Positions 1-12,970 of a DNA stretch of 64,000 nt are shown here, in pieces. The stretch lies in assembly GCF_006345805.1 (NCBI RefSeq), contig NC_043012.1, positions 21,514,001 through 21,578,000 of the forward strand, read 5' to 3'. The position numbers and the translations under genes are program-made. The stretch's first letter is position 1. Each line of letters opens with the position of its first letter. The stretch comes from Octopus sinensis. Taxonomy: Eukaryota. Under the pieces are notes generated by a model. The model worked only from the letters and a program-made list of their open reading frames with translations, was not told where the DNA came from and searched no databases.

Positions 1-1146
1 TAAATATTTTTTTGTTCTTTGAATGGTTTCTGTCAATGGATTGTGACCATACCAAGAAGAACCGCCATCAACGGTTTCAATCAATTCTACTGACCCCAGT
101 ACTTCAGTATACATTTTATCAACATCGGAAAGGTGAAAGTAAAATTACCATCAGTGTAAAAAGATGTAACTGAATACAAAAAAGTATTTTTATTCTACAT
201 TCTTCCAAATCTGTCATGCAGCAATGAGGATTCAGTTGTTTGACTTCGACTGAATTATCTGCTCCTGAATTAATATGTAAGTATACCCTTAATGTAATTC
301 ACAAGCAGAATCTTTGTGACGAGGTTTGTGACAAGGCTGTACCTTTTACATTATGGACACAATCCAAGCAATAGGCTCAATACAGGTTCTCAATTTTACT
401 CACAAAGTATGGGTCAACCCAGAGCTATAGTAAATGACATTTGCCCAAAATGCCATGCAGCAGGATCATGTGGTTGCTTCCCAACCACATGGTTCCAGGC
501 TCAGTCCCACTGCATGGCACCTTGAGCAAGTGCCTTCTACTATAGCTCCAGGCCAACCAAAGCCTTGTGAGTGGATTAGGCAGATGGAAACTGAAAGAAG
601 CCCAGTGCGTGCATCCTTCTTGACAACTGGAATCAGTTTGTTTATGTCTCCCATCTCTTAGCAGTTCGGTAATAAGGGACCAATAGAATAAGCCCCAGGC
701 TTAGAAAGCTAAGGCCTGCAGTTGATTTGTTTGACTAAAACCCTTCAAGGTGGTGCCCCAGCATGGGCGCTATCCAATGACTGAAACAAGTAAAACACAC
801 ACACACAAAAAAAAAATACAAACATCTGATACACTTCCACACAGTTTCTGTCTCCCAGACATCTCTGATGGCTTTGTTTGTGGCAAAATCAGATCAGATC
901 AGATCAAATGTGAAGTGAACTTATTAGGCTGGCATTAGGTGTGCCTCTTACTTCTTTCAGGCCATGCTGGGGCAACACTTTGAAAAGTTTAGTCAAGCAA
1001 ATCAATACGAGTACTTATTTTTTTTTTAAAGTTTGGTATTTATTGTCATACCACAAAGTTATAAGGTCATAGACAAACCAACACTGGATGCCAAGCAGCA
1101 GTAGGGAACACATAAACACACACACACACAGATATATATACTCTCT

Positions 1147-1553
1147 TTTTACTCTTTTACTTGTTTCAGTCATTTGACTGCGGCCATGCTGGAGCACCGC
1201 CTTTAGTCAAGCAAATCGACCCCGGGACTTATTCTTTGCAAGCCCAGTACTTATTCTATCGGTCTCTTTTGTCGAACCGCTAAGTGACGGGGACGTAAAC
1301 ACACCAGCATCGGTTGTCAAGCAATGCAAGGGGGACAAACACAGACACACAAACATACACACACATACATATATATATATACATATATAAGACAGGCTTC
1401 TTTCAGTTTCCGTCTACCAAATCCACTCACAAGGCATTGGTCGGCCCGAGGCTCTAGCAGAAGACACTTGCCCAAGATGCCACGCAGTGGGACTGAACCG
1501 GGAACCATGTGGTTGGTAAGCAAGCTACTTACCACACAGCCACTCCTGCGCCT
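1147..1553 (-). mobile_element. tRNA-derived SINE family A, full length (head, microsatellite, tail)
   Basis: A box TGGCTGTGTGG, B box GGTTCAGTCCC, (TAAAAGAG)n tail; nearly identical to the copies at 32318-32746 and 55451-55868. Confidence 0.85.
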
Positions 1554-1956
1554 ACCTGTATATGTATATATATCGTGACAAAGTTACAGTATTTGCTAAC
1601 AGACTAGGGATATTAATTAACAAATGGAAATATAAGTTGACATTGTTAAGATTAACAATTCAGAGAAAAGACATTTATTAATAGAGTAGCTGAGCAGTAT
1701 TAATTAAAAGATTAAGAGATATTAATCAACAAATATAGTGGCACTGTTAATCAATAAGGTAAAAGTATTATGCAAATTAATTTAACAGAGAATGGGAGGA
1801 GTGTAATATTATAATTCCCCATCATGGAGTTGCCACATCTGGGAAGATGGGAGTAGAAGTGAGGGTGGGTGTGTGTGTGGATTACTTTGAATTTGCTTGC
1901 AGCATATAAATTTTGTCAGTTTCCTCATTGCTTGCATGTCTTGCTCTGCGACCATG

Positions 1957-2008
<52 letters not shown>

Positions 2009-2481
2009 TCATATTTTGGCACAAGGCCAGCAATCTCGGGGTAGGGAGTAAGTCGATTACATTGACCTCAATGCATAACTGGTGCTTATTTTATCGACCT
2101 CAAAAAGACAAAAAGCAAAGTCGACCTTGGTGGAATTTGAACTCAGAACATTAAGACAGACAAAATGTTGCTAACCATTCTGCCTGGCATGCTAACCATT
2201 CTGCCAGCTCCCTACCTTATACAAACATATATATATATATATAAAAAGCATTGTAGAAAATGAAGGAGAGTATATTTTTCTTGAAAAAGAAATTGGTTTA
2301 TCTTAATTTTGAAAAATATAAGAAGTTTAAAAAAACTACATTATTAATGGGATGACCCAACATATATATATCATCATTATCATCATCATCATCATTTAAC
2401 GTCCGCTTTCCATGCTAGCATGGGTTATATATATATCATCATCATCATCAAAACGGACGCTAAACGATGATGATGATGATG

Positions 2482-2520
<39 letters not shown>

Positions 2521-2521
<1 letters not shown>

Positions 2522-3805
2522 TGGGTCATCCCATTAATAATGTAGTTTTTTTAAACTTCTTATATTTTTCAAAATTAAGATAAACCAATTTCCTTTTCAA
2601 TCTAAAATATACTCTCCTTCATTTTCTACAATGCTTTTCCACCTGGTAGACTTGCAAGGTCCCTTTTCTAAAATTCACTTGTCTATGACGAAAAATACTC
2701 CTCTAGTACTGATGTCATCAACAGAATTCATATATTTTTCCCTCTAAATGATTTTGAAGACTGCGGAATAAATGATAATCAGATGGGGCAACGTCTGGTG
2801 AATATGGTGGGTGGATAAGGTAGTGAGCTGGCAGAAACATTAGCATGCCAGGCGAAATGCTTAGCGGTATTTTATCTGTCTTTACGTTCTGAGTTCAAAT
2901 TCCGCCGAGGTTGACTTTGCCTTTCATCTTTCCGGGGTCAATAAATTAAGTATAAGTTGCATACTGGGGGCGTTCTAATCAACTGGTCCCATCTCCAAAA
3001 ATTTCGGGCCTTGTGCCTAGAGTGGAAAAGAATATGATGGGTGGAGCATTGACTTGAAACCAAAGCTGGTCGTTCTTCTTCTAGTGCTGACTTAAGCCAC
3101 TGAAGCTGCTCACAATAGATCTTCTTTGTTATCGTTTATAGAGAACCCATTTCTCATCACCAGTCACTATTCAGTCCAAAAAGGGTTCATTCGCAGGATG
3201 TGACAGTAAAGAAGAGCACACATTCACTCTCTGTGCGCGATAAGACTCGGAAAGTTTGTGAGGAAACCATTGATCCAATTTGCTGACTTTTCCAACGGCA
3301 TGCAGGTGTTGATGAATGATTCAATGACCAAATCCAAGCTTCTCTGCTAGTTCCTCAATACTTACAATGAGATTTTGTTCCACCAGGATTTGCAGGACAT
3401 ACTCATTGAGCTCTACAGATCTTCCAGGATGAGGTTCGTCTTTTAGGCTGTAGTTTCCGGCTCGGAATTTCTGGAACCACCGTTAACACTAGCTTATGCT
3501 TATTATCCCCATATACTGATCCCCATATACTGCATTAATATTCCTCGGACTTTCTGTTGTGCTGTTGTCTTTATTGAACTCATAAAGCAAAATATGTTGA
3601 ATATACTCCTTTGTCACTTCCATTCTAGCTTTGAAAAAAATAATTTAAAATCGAACTGCACTCTTCAAAACTTGCACTAAGAATAAAAGCAAGGTAAAAT
3701 TACAACCTGCCTTTATAGCAAGTTGATGCAGGTAGTTTATCCTGTCCCCCCTCCAACTTTTAGTTCATGCAACTGAAAAAGCTGCATTATTTATGGTATG
3801 ACCAA
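2521..3805 (-). mobile_element. Mariner (DD34D-type) transposon, both ends present, internally deleted and decayed, interrupted by a SINE
   Basis: TIRs ttgggtcatcccattaataatg / gcattatttatggtatgaccaa plus TA. Translation: MEVTKEYIQHILLYEFNK..., WFQKFRAGNYSLKDEPHPGRS, FLD*IVTGDEKW, HPPYSPDVAPSDYHLFRSL. Confidence 0.92.
2816..3030 (+). mobile_element. tRNA-derived SINE family B inserted into the mariner, 15-bp TSD
   Basis: TSD aatatg(g/a)tgggtgga at 2801-2815 and 3031-3045; body contains gcctttcatc...gtcaataaattaag (core possibly Meta-domain-like, from memory). Confidence 0.85.
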
Positions 3806-3967
3806 TATATATCATACAAAGAGAAGCGATGATGTTTTCAACTAATGGAAAGTAGAAGGAAAACAAAGTTATTATATGAATGGATGAAAGAGAAAATTAA
3901 AAGCAAATTTAATTAAGAGTGATCTGCTAACGAGCGGTTCAGCATGAATTTCACAAATCAAACCTAC

Positions 3968-4052
3968 TTGACCAAGATGGTTGCCATGATTCTGGGTGAT
4001 GACCAGATATACTCAAACAGATCTTTTTGTTAACTTCGAAACGACCATTGGG
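3968..4052 (-). CDS. UBE2J1: UBE2J1 coding exon 4 (85 nt, catalytic Cys in KICLSIS)
   Basis: ctttcag|CCC AAT GGT CGT TTC...TGG TCA A|gtaggt; PNGRFEVNKKICLSISGHHPESWQPSWS. Confidence 0.97.
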
Positions 4053-4487
4053 CTGAAAGAAAGAAGAAGAAATTGATATTATTAGATGAGAAATCAATAT
4101 TAATGAACGAGAAAGAAGAAATGGAGTGGAAAGGCAGAAGAAAATATGGTGAAGAAATATGAAGAGAGAAAAGGCAGAAAGCGAAACAGCGTGATGATAT
4201 GTAGATCGAGATCAGGGCAGGGAAAGAGTGAAATGAGAGAGAGAGAGAGAGAGAGAGAGTGAAATGAGAGAGGGAGAGAAAAAGTCTCAGGAAAGAGAGA
4301 GAGAGAAATGTAAAGAAAAAGAAAAGAAGACAGAAATAGGAATTCAAACAGAGAAAATAAGAGGAAAGGGAAAGATTTTTTAAAATGTGTACATGAACGA
4401 GAAGATGATTGTGTTTGAGGTTCTGAGAATGTGTATGAATAAATATTAGCACGATGTGTGTGTGCGTGCATGCATGTGTGTGTGTGT

Positions 4488-4528
<41 letters not shown>

Positions 4529-4733
4529 TGTGTGGTGCAAACATTAGTGCTTGTATAAGAATGTGACAGCAAATGAGCATTTGTGCATGTGATCAGCTGC
4601 AAGTATTAGGCATGCATGAATAATGTGTTTGTTAGAACAATGATAATATGAATGTGAAATGTATATAAAGAGAAGTATAAGGAAGTATGTCAAGTGAACT
4701 TTTGTGTGTGTGTGTGTGTGTGTGTGAGTGTGA

Positions 4734-4770
<37 letters not shown>

Positions 4771-5329
4771 ACAGCATAACTGTGTATCTATACAAATGAG
4801 GACTGATTTTTTATTTGTTTTTTTTTTAATTGGTAGTTCTATGCTTGAATGACATGATGGCATTTCTTCTCCTGAAGCAAAGTTCCTGCTGGGTTTTGAA
4901 CCATCATTCTCAGATTTTCCCAGTGCAGGATCACAACATAGCATACTACCATAAAAGGCAATGTGTCACCATAAAAGGCATTAAAAATATAGCTTGACGA
5001 ATCAGCACCAGATGGCTTAAAGTTGATGTGGCAAACTCCAAATGAAGTGTTTGTTTTCCTGCTAAACAGCTAGACAGAAAGTTCTAAAAATTTTAGCTAA
5101 TGATTATAAGATCTGTCAAATCCACCCTCAGACCACAGCTACCCAGCAATGCACATGAAGTGATATCACTCTGCTCAGTGAGATAGTTTCTCACCCTCTT
5201 AATGTGCTAATGTCATATTCAACAAAAGGTTTGAACCGCGAGTTGTAATTTCGAATCATATCAAGCACAAATTACACACATACATACAATAGATCTACTT
5301 CTTTTTACTTATTTTGTTATGAATAACTA

Positions 5330-6410
5330 TGAAAGCTAGAAGTGGTTGATAGCTTCAGTTATTTAGGTGACCCAATGAGTAGCGGAGGCGGATGCTCCAA
5401 GAATGTAGCTGCGAGAATAAGAATAGACTGGGCAAAGTTCAGAGAGCTTCTACCTTTGTTGGCAACAAAGGACCTCTCCCTCAGAGTGAAAGGCAGACTG
5501 TATGATGCCTGTGTGTGAACAGCTATGCTACACAGCAGTGAAACATGGGCTGTGATCAGTGAGGATATACGTAGGCTTGAAAGAAATGAAGTTAGTATGC
5601 TTTGCTAGATGTGCAATATCAGTGTGCATGTTCAACAGAATGTGAGCGCTTGAAAGAAAAGTTGGGCATAAGAGGCATCAGGTGGGGTGTGCAAGAGAGA
5701 AGAATGCATTGGTATGGTCATGTGATGCATATGGATGATGACAGCTGTATAAAGAAGTGCCAATCTCTAATTGCAGAGGGAACCTGTAGTAGAGGTAGAC
5801 CCAGGAAGACATGGAACAAAATGGTGAAGCATGATCTTCGAACGTTGGGCCTCAAGGAGGCAATGACTCTTGACGAAGACTGTTGATGATTTGCTGTGCT
5901 TGAGAAGACCCATCAAGCCAAATGAAATCATCACAGTCAAGGTCAATGCCAGTGTCACATTGCACCTGTGCTAGTGACATGTAAGAAGCACCATTCAAGC
6001 ATTGGGCCTCACAAAGGCAATGTAGCCAATGCTGGTGTCACATAACTGCCTCCCATGCCAGTGGCACATAAAAAGCACCATTTGAGTGTTGGGCCTCACA
6101 TGAGGCAAAGACAAATGACCAAGACCCTTGGCAATATGCCATGCTTGAGAAGAAGATGCATCAAGTCAAGTAAAATCATAATTGTGACTGTTACTGGTGT
6201 CATACAACTGGCACCCATGCCGGTGGCACATAAAAGTACCTATTACACTCTCAGAGTGGCTGGCATTAGGAAGGGCATCCAGGTATAGAAATCATGCCAA
6301 ATCAGACTCCAGTCTGGTGCAGCCCCTCAGCTTACCAGCCCTGGTCAAACCATCCAACCCATGCCAGCATGGACAACAGTCATTAAACGATGATGATGAT
6401 GATGATGATG
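5330..6410 (+). mobile_element. RTE LINE, 5'-truncated and decayed, with 3'UTR and (GAT)n tail
   Basis: KLEVVDSFSYLGD...AKFRELLPLL...RRMHWYGHV...GRPRKTW; homologous to 23697-24410. Confidence 0.9.
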
Positions 6411-6560
6411 AAATAATTTCATATTATCTTGACCCTGTACTCCACAGGAGAAGTGTTTAAGCCACTACCCCTGGTGAAGGGGATTGGCCTGCAAGAGTCT
6501 TGTGCCAGTCCCACATAAAAATGCTCAAAACTGCTGGCCTTGCACCTAAATTAGAAACCA

Positions 6561-6927
6561 TTATTATTACCTCCACCTTAGCAAAGGCAGAGGTATTGTT
6601 TTCAGTTGTGTTTGTTTGTTTGTTTGTCCGTGGACAAGATATCTCAAGAACTGCTGGATGGATTCAGATGAACCTTTCAGGGATGTTTGGCCTCATGACT
6701 GGCACAAACTGATTAGATCTTGGGATCGATCTGGTACCGGACAAGGATTCTGGATTGTTTTTCCTGTTTATTTTTTTTACTTAATTTTTGAGAGTGATCA
6801 GGTTCATTTTTAATATTCTCGTTTGTGAGAGCAGTCAAGTTTATTTCAGATTTTTAAAAATCGTCTCTGGCTAATCATTAAGAATACGTTGCCTTGGTGA
6901 AGATTTACGCTCTAGAGTGCTCTTGTT
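6561..6927 (+). mobile_element. Helentron-associated (HINE/DINE-like) non-autonomous element
   Basis: Starts ttattacctccacc, has a (GTTT)n tract, ends gctctagagtgctcttgtt, and has no TSD. An inverted fragment of it lies at about 7640-7710. Confidence 0.5.
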
Positions 6928-7294
6928 ATTATTATTATTATTATTATACATATATATTTTTAGATTATGAGATGGCAGAACCATTAACACACTAAATGAA
7001 ATGCTTAGCAGCATTTGGTCTGTGTTCAGGTCCCGAGTTCAAATTCCACCTCTGGCACTTTACAGTGGGAGTTACACATCAAATATATTCTTTTCTGGTC
7101 TAAGCACAAGGCTCGAAATTTGAAGGGAGGGGGCCATTCGATTAGATCAACCCCAGTACGCAACTGGTACTTAATTTATTGACCCTGAAAGGATGAAAGG
7201 CAAAGTCGGCCTCAGCGGAATTTGAACTCAGAACATAAAGACAGACAACATACCGCTAAGCATTTCGCCCAGCGTGCTAATCTTTCCGCCTTAA

Positions 7295-7515
7295 CCCTTT
7301 AGTGTTCGCATTATTCTGCCAAAATTAATCCTTTTTTATCCACATTACCTTGAACTAATCAGGCATTATCTTGGAGCTATGAGATTTTGATGAGGTAGCT
7401 GTTAATTTTTAAAACGATATTGTAGGGTTGGTGTGAGAGACCAGATCTGGCCAGTTTGAACATAAAACAGGCAGAATACTTTTGGCCGGATACGGCCGGT
7501 TTAAATGCTAAAGGG
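7295..7515. mobile_element. piggyBac-like MITE
   Basis: TTAA|CCCTTTAG...CTAAAGGG|TTAA. Confidence 0.85.
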
Positions 7516-7813
7516 TTAAATGTACATGAAATATATTAGCTTTTCAAATGACTCAGTAAAAAGCTGACAAAATATGCTTGTTTTAGTTCTTGGAAACAGT
7601 CTTGAGTTGTGTGGAGTTTTGTAGCTGTCCACATAGGATCTGCTTCAAACATCCCTGAAAGTTTCATCTGAATCCATCCAGCAGTCCTTGAGATATCACG
7701 TTCAGACAGGGTTTTTTTACATGCCACTGGCATGGGGGCCAGTCACAGGATACTTTCAAGTATCCTTATTAAAAAATGAGAAATTAAGAAAGAAAAAAGC
7801 ATAATTAACTTAC

Positions 7814-7945
7814 AGTCAAAATAATAATACTGGGAGGTTTCATGGGGTAATCTGGTGGAAGAACAATACGGCCATGGAAAATTCCACCATCAAAATCCGT
7901 ATCGATTGGACCGCGAATTGTGAAATGCCACTCAAATAAGTTATC
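7814..7945 (-). CDS. UBE2J1: UBE2J1 coding exon 3 (132 nt)
   Basis: ctttag|GAT AAC TTA TTT GAG TGG...ATT TTG ACT|gtaagt; contains EWHFTIRGP and PPDYPMKPP. Confidence 0.97.
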
Positions 7946-8317
7946 CTAAAGAAAGAGGCAAATAATACATAAATTTTATTTCTCACCATTAAATTAATGA
8001 CTTTTCCAAATCAAACAGAAAAAGAGAAAAAACACAAAAATGACATATTTCAATTATGTAGAATTTGCATGGTTTTATTTAAAAGCAATATAATATTCAT
8101 AGGATTCTAGGGAAGAATTTTTATGACATAATAAACATAGAAATATTTATGGCTATGTGGTTAAGAAGTTTGCTTCCCGACCATGTGTTCAGGTTCAGTC
8201 CTGCTCCACTGAGTGGCACCTTGGACAAGTGTCATCAGCAATAGCCCCAGGTCAACCAAAGCCTTGTGGGTGGATTGGGTCAAAGCAAACTGGAAGAAGA
8301 CCATATTTTATATATAT

Positions 8318-8721
8318 ACTAGCAGAATCGCCCGGCGTTGCTCGGGTTTGTAAGGGAAATAACTACATAAGCATTTTTAGAGAGTTATAGCAAAAAAATA
8401 GCAAAAAAATGCATTAAAAATGGAAAAAAAATGATGGTAATTTTTTTTTTTAAATCGTTGACTCATCGTAAACATTTTTAGAGAGTTACTTCCCTTATAT
8501 AATAGCGAAAAATGCATTAAAATGGAAAAAAATTATGGTAAATTTTTTTTTAAATCGTAGACTCATCGTAGACGCGCGCTAATACCCAGAAGGGCTCGAT
8601 ATGAATCACGACTATAAGATACCCGAATTTGGTTAAACTGCACCGCAAAATGTGGGAGTAGTTAGGAATCTAAATCGAAGGGGACAGACACTCACACAAC
8701 TACAGTTTTATATATATAGAT
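8318..8721 (+). mobile_element. Non-autonomous Helitron-like element, copy 1
   Basis: 5' ACTAGCAGAATCGCCCGGCGTTGCTCGGG; 3' ...gacagacac...ttttatatatatagat; internal tandem repeat of about 115 bp; relatives at 43201 and 54453. Confidence 0.6.
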
Positions 8722-10899
8722 AAACATAGAAATATTTATGGCTATGTGGTTAAGAAGTTTGCTTCCCAGCCACGTGTTCAGGTTCAGTCCTGCTCCACTG
8801 AGTGGCACCTTGGACAAGTGTCATCAGCAATAGCCCCAGGTCAACCAAAGCCTTGTGGGTGGATTGGGTCAAAGCAAACTGGAAGAAGACCATATTTTAT
8901 ATATATATATATCGGGCATGGCTGTGTGGTTAGGGAGCTTGCTTCCTAGCTACATGGTTTCGGGTTCAGTCCCACTGCGTGGCACTTTGGGTAGTTGTCT
9001 TCCATTATAGCCCCGAGCCGACCGGAGCTTTGTGATTGAATTCGGTAGGTGGAAGTTACTGCCGTGTGTGTATGTGTGCGTATAGCTGCTCAGTGCCTCT
9101 CTGAAAGAGAGAGAGAGGGATATCTACACACACACACACACACACCACACACACACACATATATAAGACATTCTTTTGCAGGATATTTCGCATGCTTTCA
9201 ACGTGACATCGAAATCATGCATAAATGGCTCCTTTCACCTTTGGCTGCTATTTCTTGCATGCCCTGCTACCATGAAACAGGTACTTCGGGTATTTTATCG
9301 CAAAAGCTATTACGTGGTAGCAGGTCGTGCTAGAAATAGCAGCCAAATCTTTGGAGCTGAGATACGTTGAATGCACTTGAAAAATATTTTGTAATGGTAT
9401 TCCCTTGGGGTGATCTTTCGCTTTGACTCTCAGAACTGTCATCTGGATCAGCTGATTTTGTTTATTAATTAACGTATAGCATGAATTTTGTGCATGTGTG
9501 TGAATGACCTTGACTTAACAGCACACAATAATTGTAAGAAAGTGTTACCCTCATTCAAGCGATGGCTCCCAATTACAATTTTCTGGGTAAATATGACCAC
9601 CCATGAGGAAATATTCTTTTCTACTCTAGGCATAAGGCCTGAAATTTTGGAGGAAAGGGGCCAATCGATTAGATTGACCACAGTACACAACTGGTACTTA
9701 ATTTATAGACCCCCGAAAGGATGAAAGGCAAAGTTGACCTTGGAATTTGAACTCAGAGCATAAAGATGGACGAAATACTGCTAAGCATTTTGCCCGGCAT
9801 GTTAATGTTTCTGCCAGTTCACTGCCTTACCCATGGGGAAATACTACTTTGCTTAGAAACAAGCGAGAGTTGGCAGCAGGGAGAGCATCTAGCTGTAGAA
9901 AATTTGCCCCAGTGAATTCCGTCAGGAAAAGTGGACACAAAAACAATGATGGTGATGACAAGCAGTGTCAGTTTGTTTACATCCCTGGAACAAAGTGGTT
10001 TGGCAAACAAGACCAACAGAATAAGTACCAACTTAATAAGCACTAGTGGGGGAGGCTTTGTCTAAGTAAACCCTTCAAAGAGATGCCCCAGCATGGCTAC
10101 AGTCTCATTACTGAAACTAGTGAAAGATAAGGTACAGATATACACATAATTAATTAATTAATTAATGTACATATGTACGTACGTATGTATGTATGTGTGT
10201 GTGCATATATATATATATATTTATATAATGTACATATATAGTGATATACATACAAATGTATACTTATACATGCGCGCACGCACACACACACATACATACA
10301 TACATACATGATGGCTGCCCCCTCATTATCGAGTATGGCCATTGCACGAAGCTCAACTGTTACTGGTGCTGTGATCGAATGTGACTTTTATTTGCTTTTT
10401 AAGGCTACAGCCAGTCATTCAGTTGAGACTCACAGCACCATCAACAATCATGAACAATGTTATCATGCAATGCCTGTGCAAGAAGACTTTTTTTTAAAGT
10501 GAGAAAAGGCTGTGCATTGAATCAATCCCACTCACTAAGCAACAGCAGCCATAATCCAAAAAGAAGAACAAGTCAACATCATCGGTAACCACTGAGCCGC
10601 AGGTTTTATGTCGGAGTTATCCCAGTTACCTGTGTTACCTTCTCCTAGAAGGATGCCCTAACAAAGGCTAGGAGTCCTTCACTCCCAATGGTTTAACTGC
10701 GCAATCGGGTATTCAGTCCAATTATTTCTATGTCCCCGCACATGATACAGCCTTAAGCCATAAGAAGAAAAAAAAAAATTCCACTTTTATTGGATGGCCG
10801 TTGACTCTCAAGAGTTCCTCCGCCCTCTGATGGGTTTTGTTTTTCATCCCACAGGGTGTCCAATAAACACCCTCCTCACCAAGCAAGCTTGGTGAACCG

Positions 10900-11764
10900 G
10901 ATTACAACCTCCCACTTTGAAGGGTATACGTTTGCAATCCAGGAACTGGAAATATCAAAAAAGTACCTGATGCACAAAAGGGACTAAGATACAGGAAAAG
11001 CAGTAAAATGTGACAACCAATGCAGACTTTGTGGAGTTCACACTGAAGATATCACCCACATCATAAGCAGTTATCTGAAAATGCGATCACGGTATTATTT
11101 ACCGATGAGACATGATGTTGTAGCTAGAACACTCTATAGTGAAATCCACCAGAAAGATAACCCCAGGGACAAAAGAAATAAAAAGGAGTACCGGTGGAAT
11201 GTCCCAATGAAAACCTCAATAAAATGTAAGCACAACAAACCTCATGTAATGATTTGGAATAGAGAAGAGAAACTGTGACGATGATGAATTGTGAAAATTA
11301 GCTGCCCAGCAGATGTTAACATAAAGCTGAAGATCAGTGAAAAAGAGAATAGCTATACTGAACTATTGAGAAATCTGCAGTTACTCTATCCAGATTACAA
11401 GTTCAGATTTATATCTGTAATTATTGGGGTCCAGGGATATGTAACACACTGCCTAAATACTTATCTTGAGAAATTTGGCTTCTCAAAACCAGAAAGGAGA
11501 AAGCTAATTCGAAGATAACAGATCCAATCCATCACTAGAACTGTAAAAATCTGTAAAACTTTCCAGAAGTTTAGCATCTAAATATATATGAGCATATCTA
11601 GATATGCAACTATATGCATGAGAATACATACATAAAATAAAACATACAAATCTGCACATATACATACATACAAACAAAAATAACCTGTTGTTGACATTGA
11701 AATTCCAGTGAAGGAGTCTTGGATCTAGGTTAAAAACTGGTTCTTTATTGGCTAGAAATCTTGA
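10900..11764 (+). mobile_element. R4/Dong-like (restriction-like endonuclease) non-LTR retrotransposon, 3' fragment
   Basis: CRLCGVHTEDITHIISSY zinc knuckle, YxxMRHDVVA, NKPH..IW, ISCPADVNI..K..EK..Y..L; frameshifted and contains stops. Confidence 0.8.
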
Positions 11765-11792
11765 CATACATACATTATATATATATATATAT

Positions 11793-11825
<33 letters not shown>

Positions 11826-12509
11826 CAAATTGAGATAGGGATAGATATATCCGATATACTGCTAGTGAAGTACCCAACAAAGTTAATACATAAATGTTAA
11901 GGATTGCGATGAAATCAATTCATTTACTGTATTATATGGGCAAAGGTAAAATGATTTACCACAAATTATCTTGTATATATATATATTCCATTATTAATGG
12001 GACTAACAGAAAAGCTACTCCATCCAATGAAAGATAAATATCATTTAATATAAAAAGGCTTTAAATGTCAGCTGCTCTAAGTTCCATACCTTTGATAATA
12101 CGATTGTCAGATGAGCTTGTATAGCCTAAACCTAAATGATTACCTGATAGAACACAGCACGCTATAGAAGTATGTATCACTATTGAACTATCAGAGCTAT
12201 GTAGCTTAACTGATACACATGCACACACACACACACAGCATAACTATACAGACAATACACATTACGCTAAAGCCAGTCTTCATGCAAGCTGTCAACCATA
12301 CACTCACACACTCGTATACAATGCAAACACACGACACAAGCTTAGCTTCTCGCCTACACATATCTCTAGCTATGAACATTTATCCCATCCTTAACCACAC
12401 ACATACACACACACACACACACACACATATTGCTATAGTGATTCTGCAAGGGGGTTGGTTACATTAAGGGTACACATGAATGTGGAATACTCGGTTGCTT
12501 TTATACTAA

Positions 12510-12740
12510 GGTGGCGAGCTGGCAGAACCGTTAGCACGCCGGGCGAAATGCATAGCCGTATTTCGTCTGCCGTTGCGCTCTGAGTTCAAATTCCGCCGAG
12601 GTCAACTTTGCCTTTCATCCTTTCGGGGTCGATTAAATAAGTACCAGTTACGCACTGGGGTCGATGTAATCAACTTAATACCTATGTCTGTCCTTGTTTG
12701 TCCCCTCTGTGTTTAGCCCCTTGTGGGTAATAAAGAAATA
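12510..12740 (+). mobile_element. SINE family B, full length, 17-bp TSD
   Basis: TSD ggttgctt(t/a)tatactaa at 12493-12509 and 12741-12757. Confidence 0.88.
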
Positions 12741-12970
12741 GGTTGCTTATATACTAAATCAATGAGCAAGTAGTTGCATACATCAAACAATTAACCCCCC
12801 ACCCCATTGCCAAAAATAATGGAGATCCATTCACGCTCACTGACAGTCAAGCGTTTGTATTTGACCAGAGCTCTGGATATATTCAGATATTATGTGCTTG
12901 TGTATTTACGAGAGAAAGACAGACGGGAATCAATACATTTATTTATTCTGTGCCACTCATAACACATATA

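Noticed and set aside
4030-4602. 190-aa and 146-aa minus-strand ORFs
   Set aside because: They translate the polypyrimidine tract and (GA)n/(CA)n microsatellites next to exon 4; low complexity.
4809-4944. ORF MLCCDPALGKSENDGSKP... as an extra UBE2J1 exon or snoRNA
   Set aside because: Exons 3 and 4 already join in frame; no clear splice pair or box C/D motifs.
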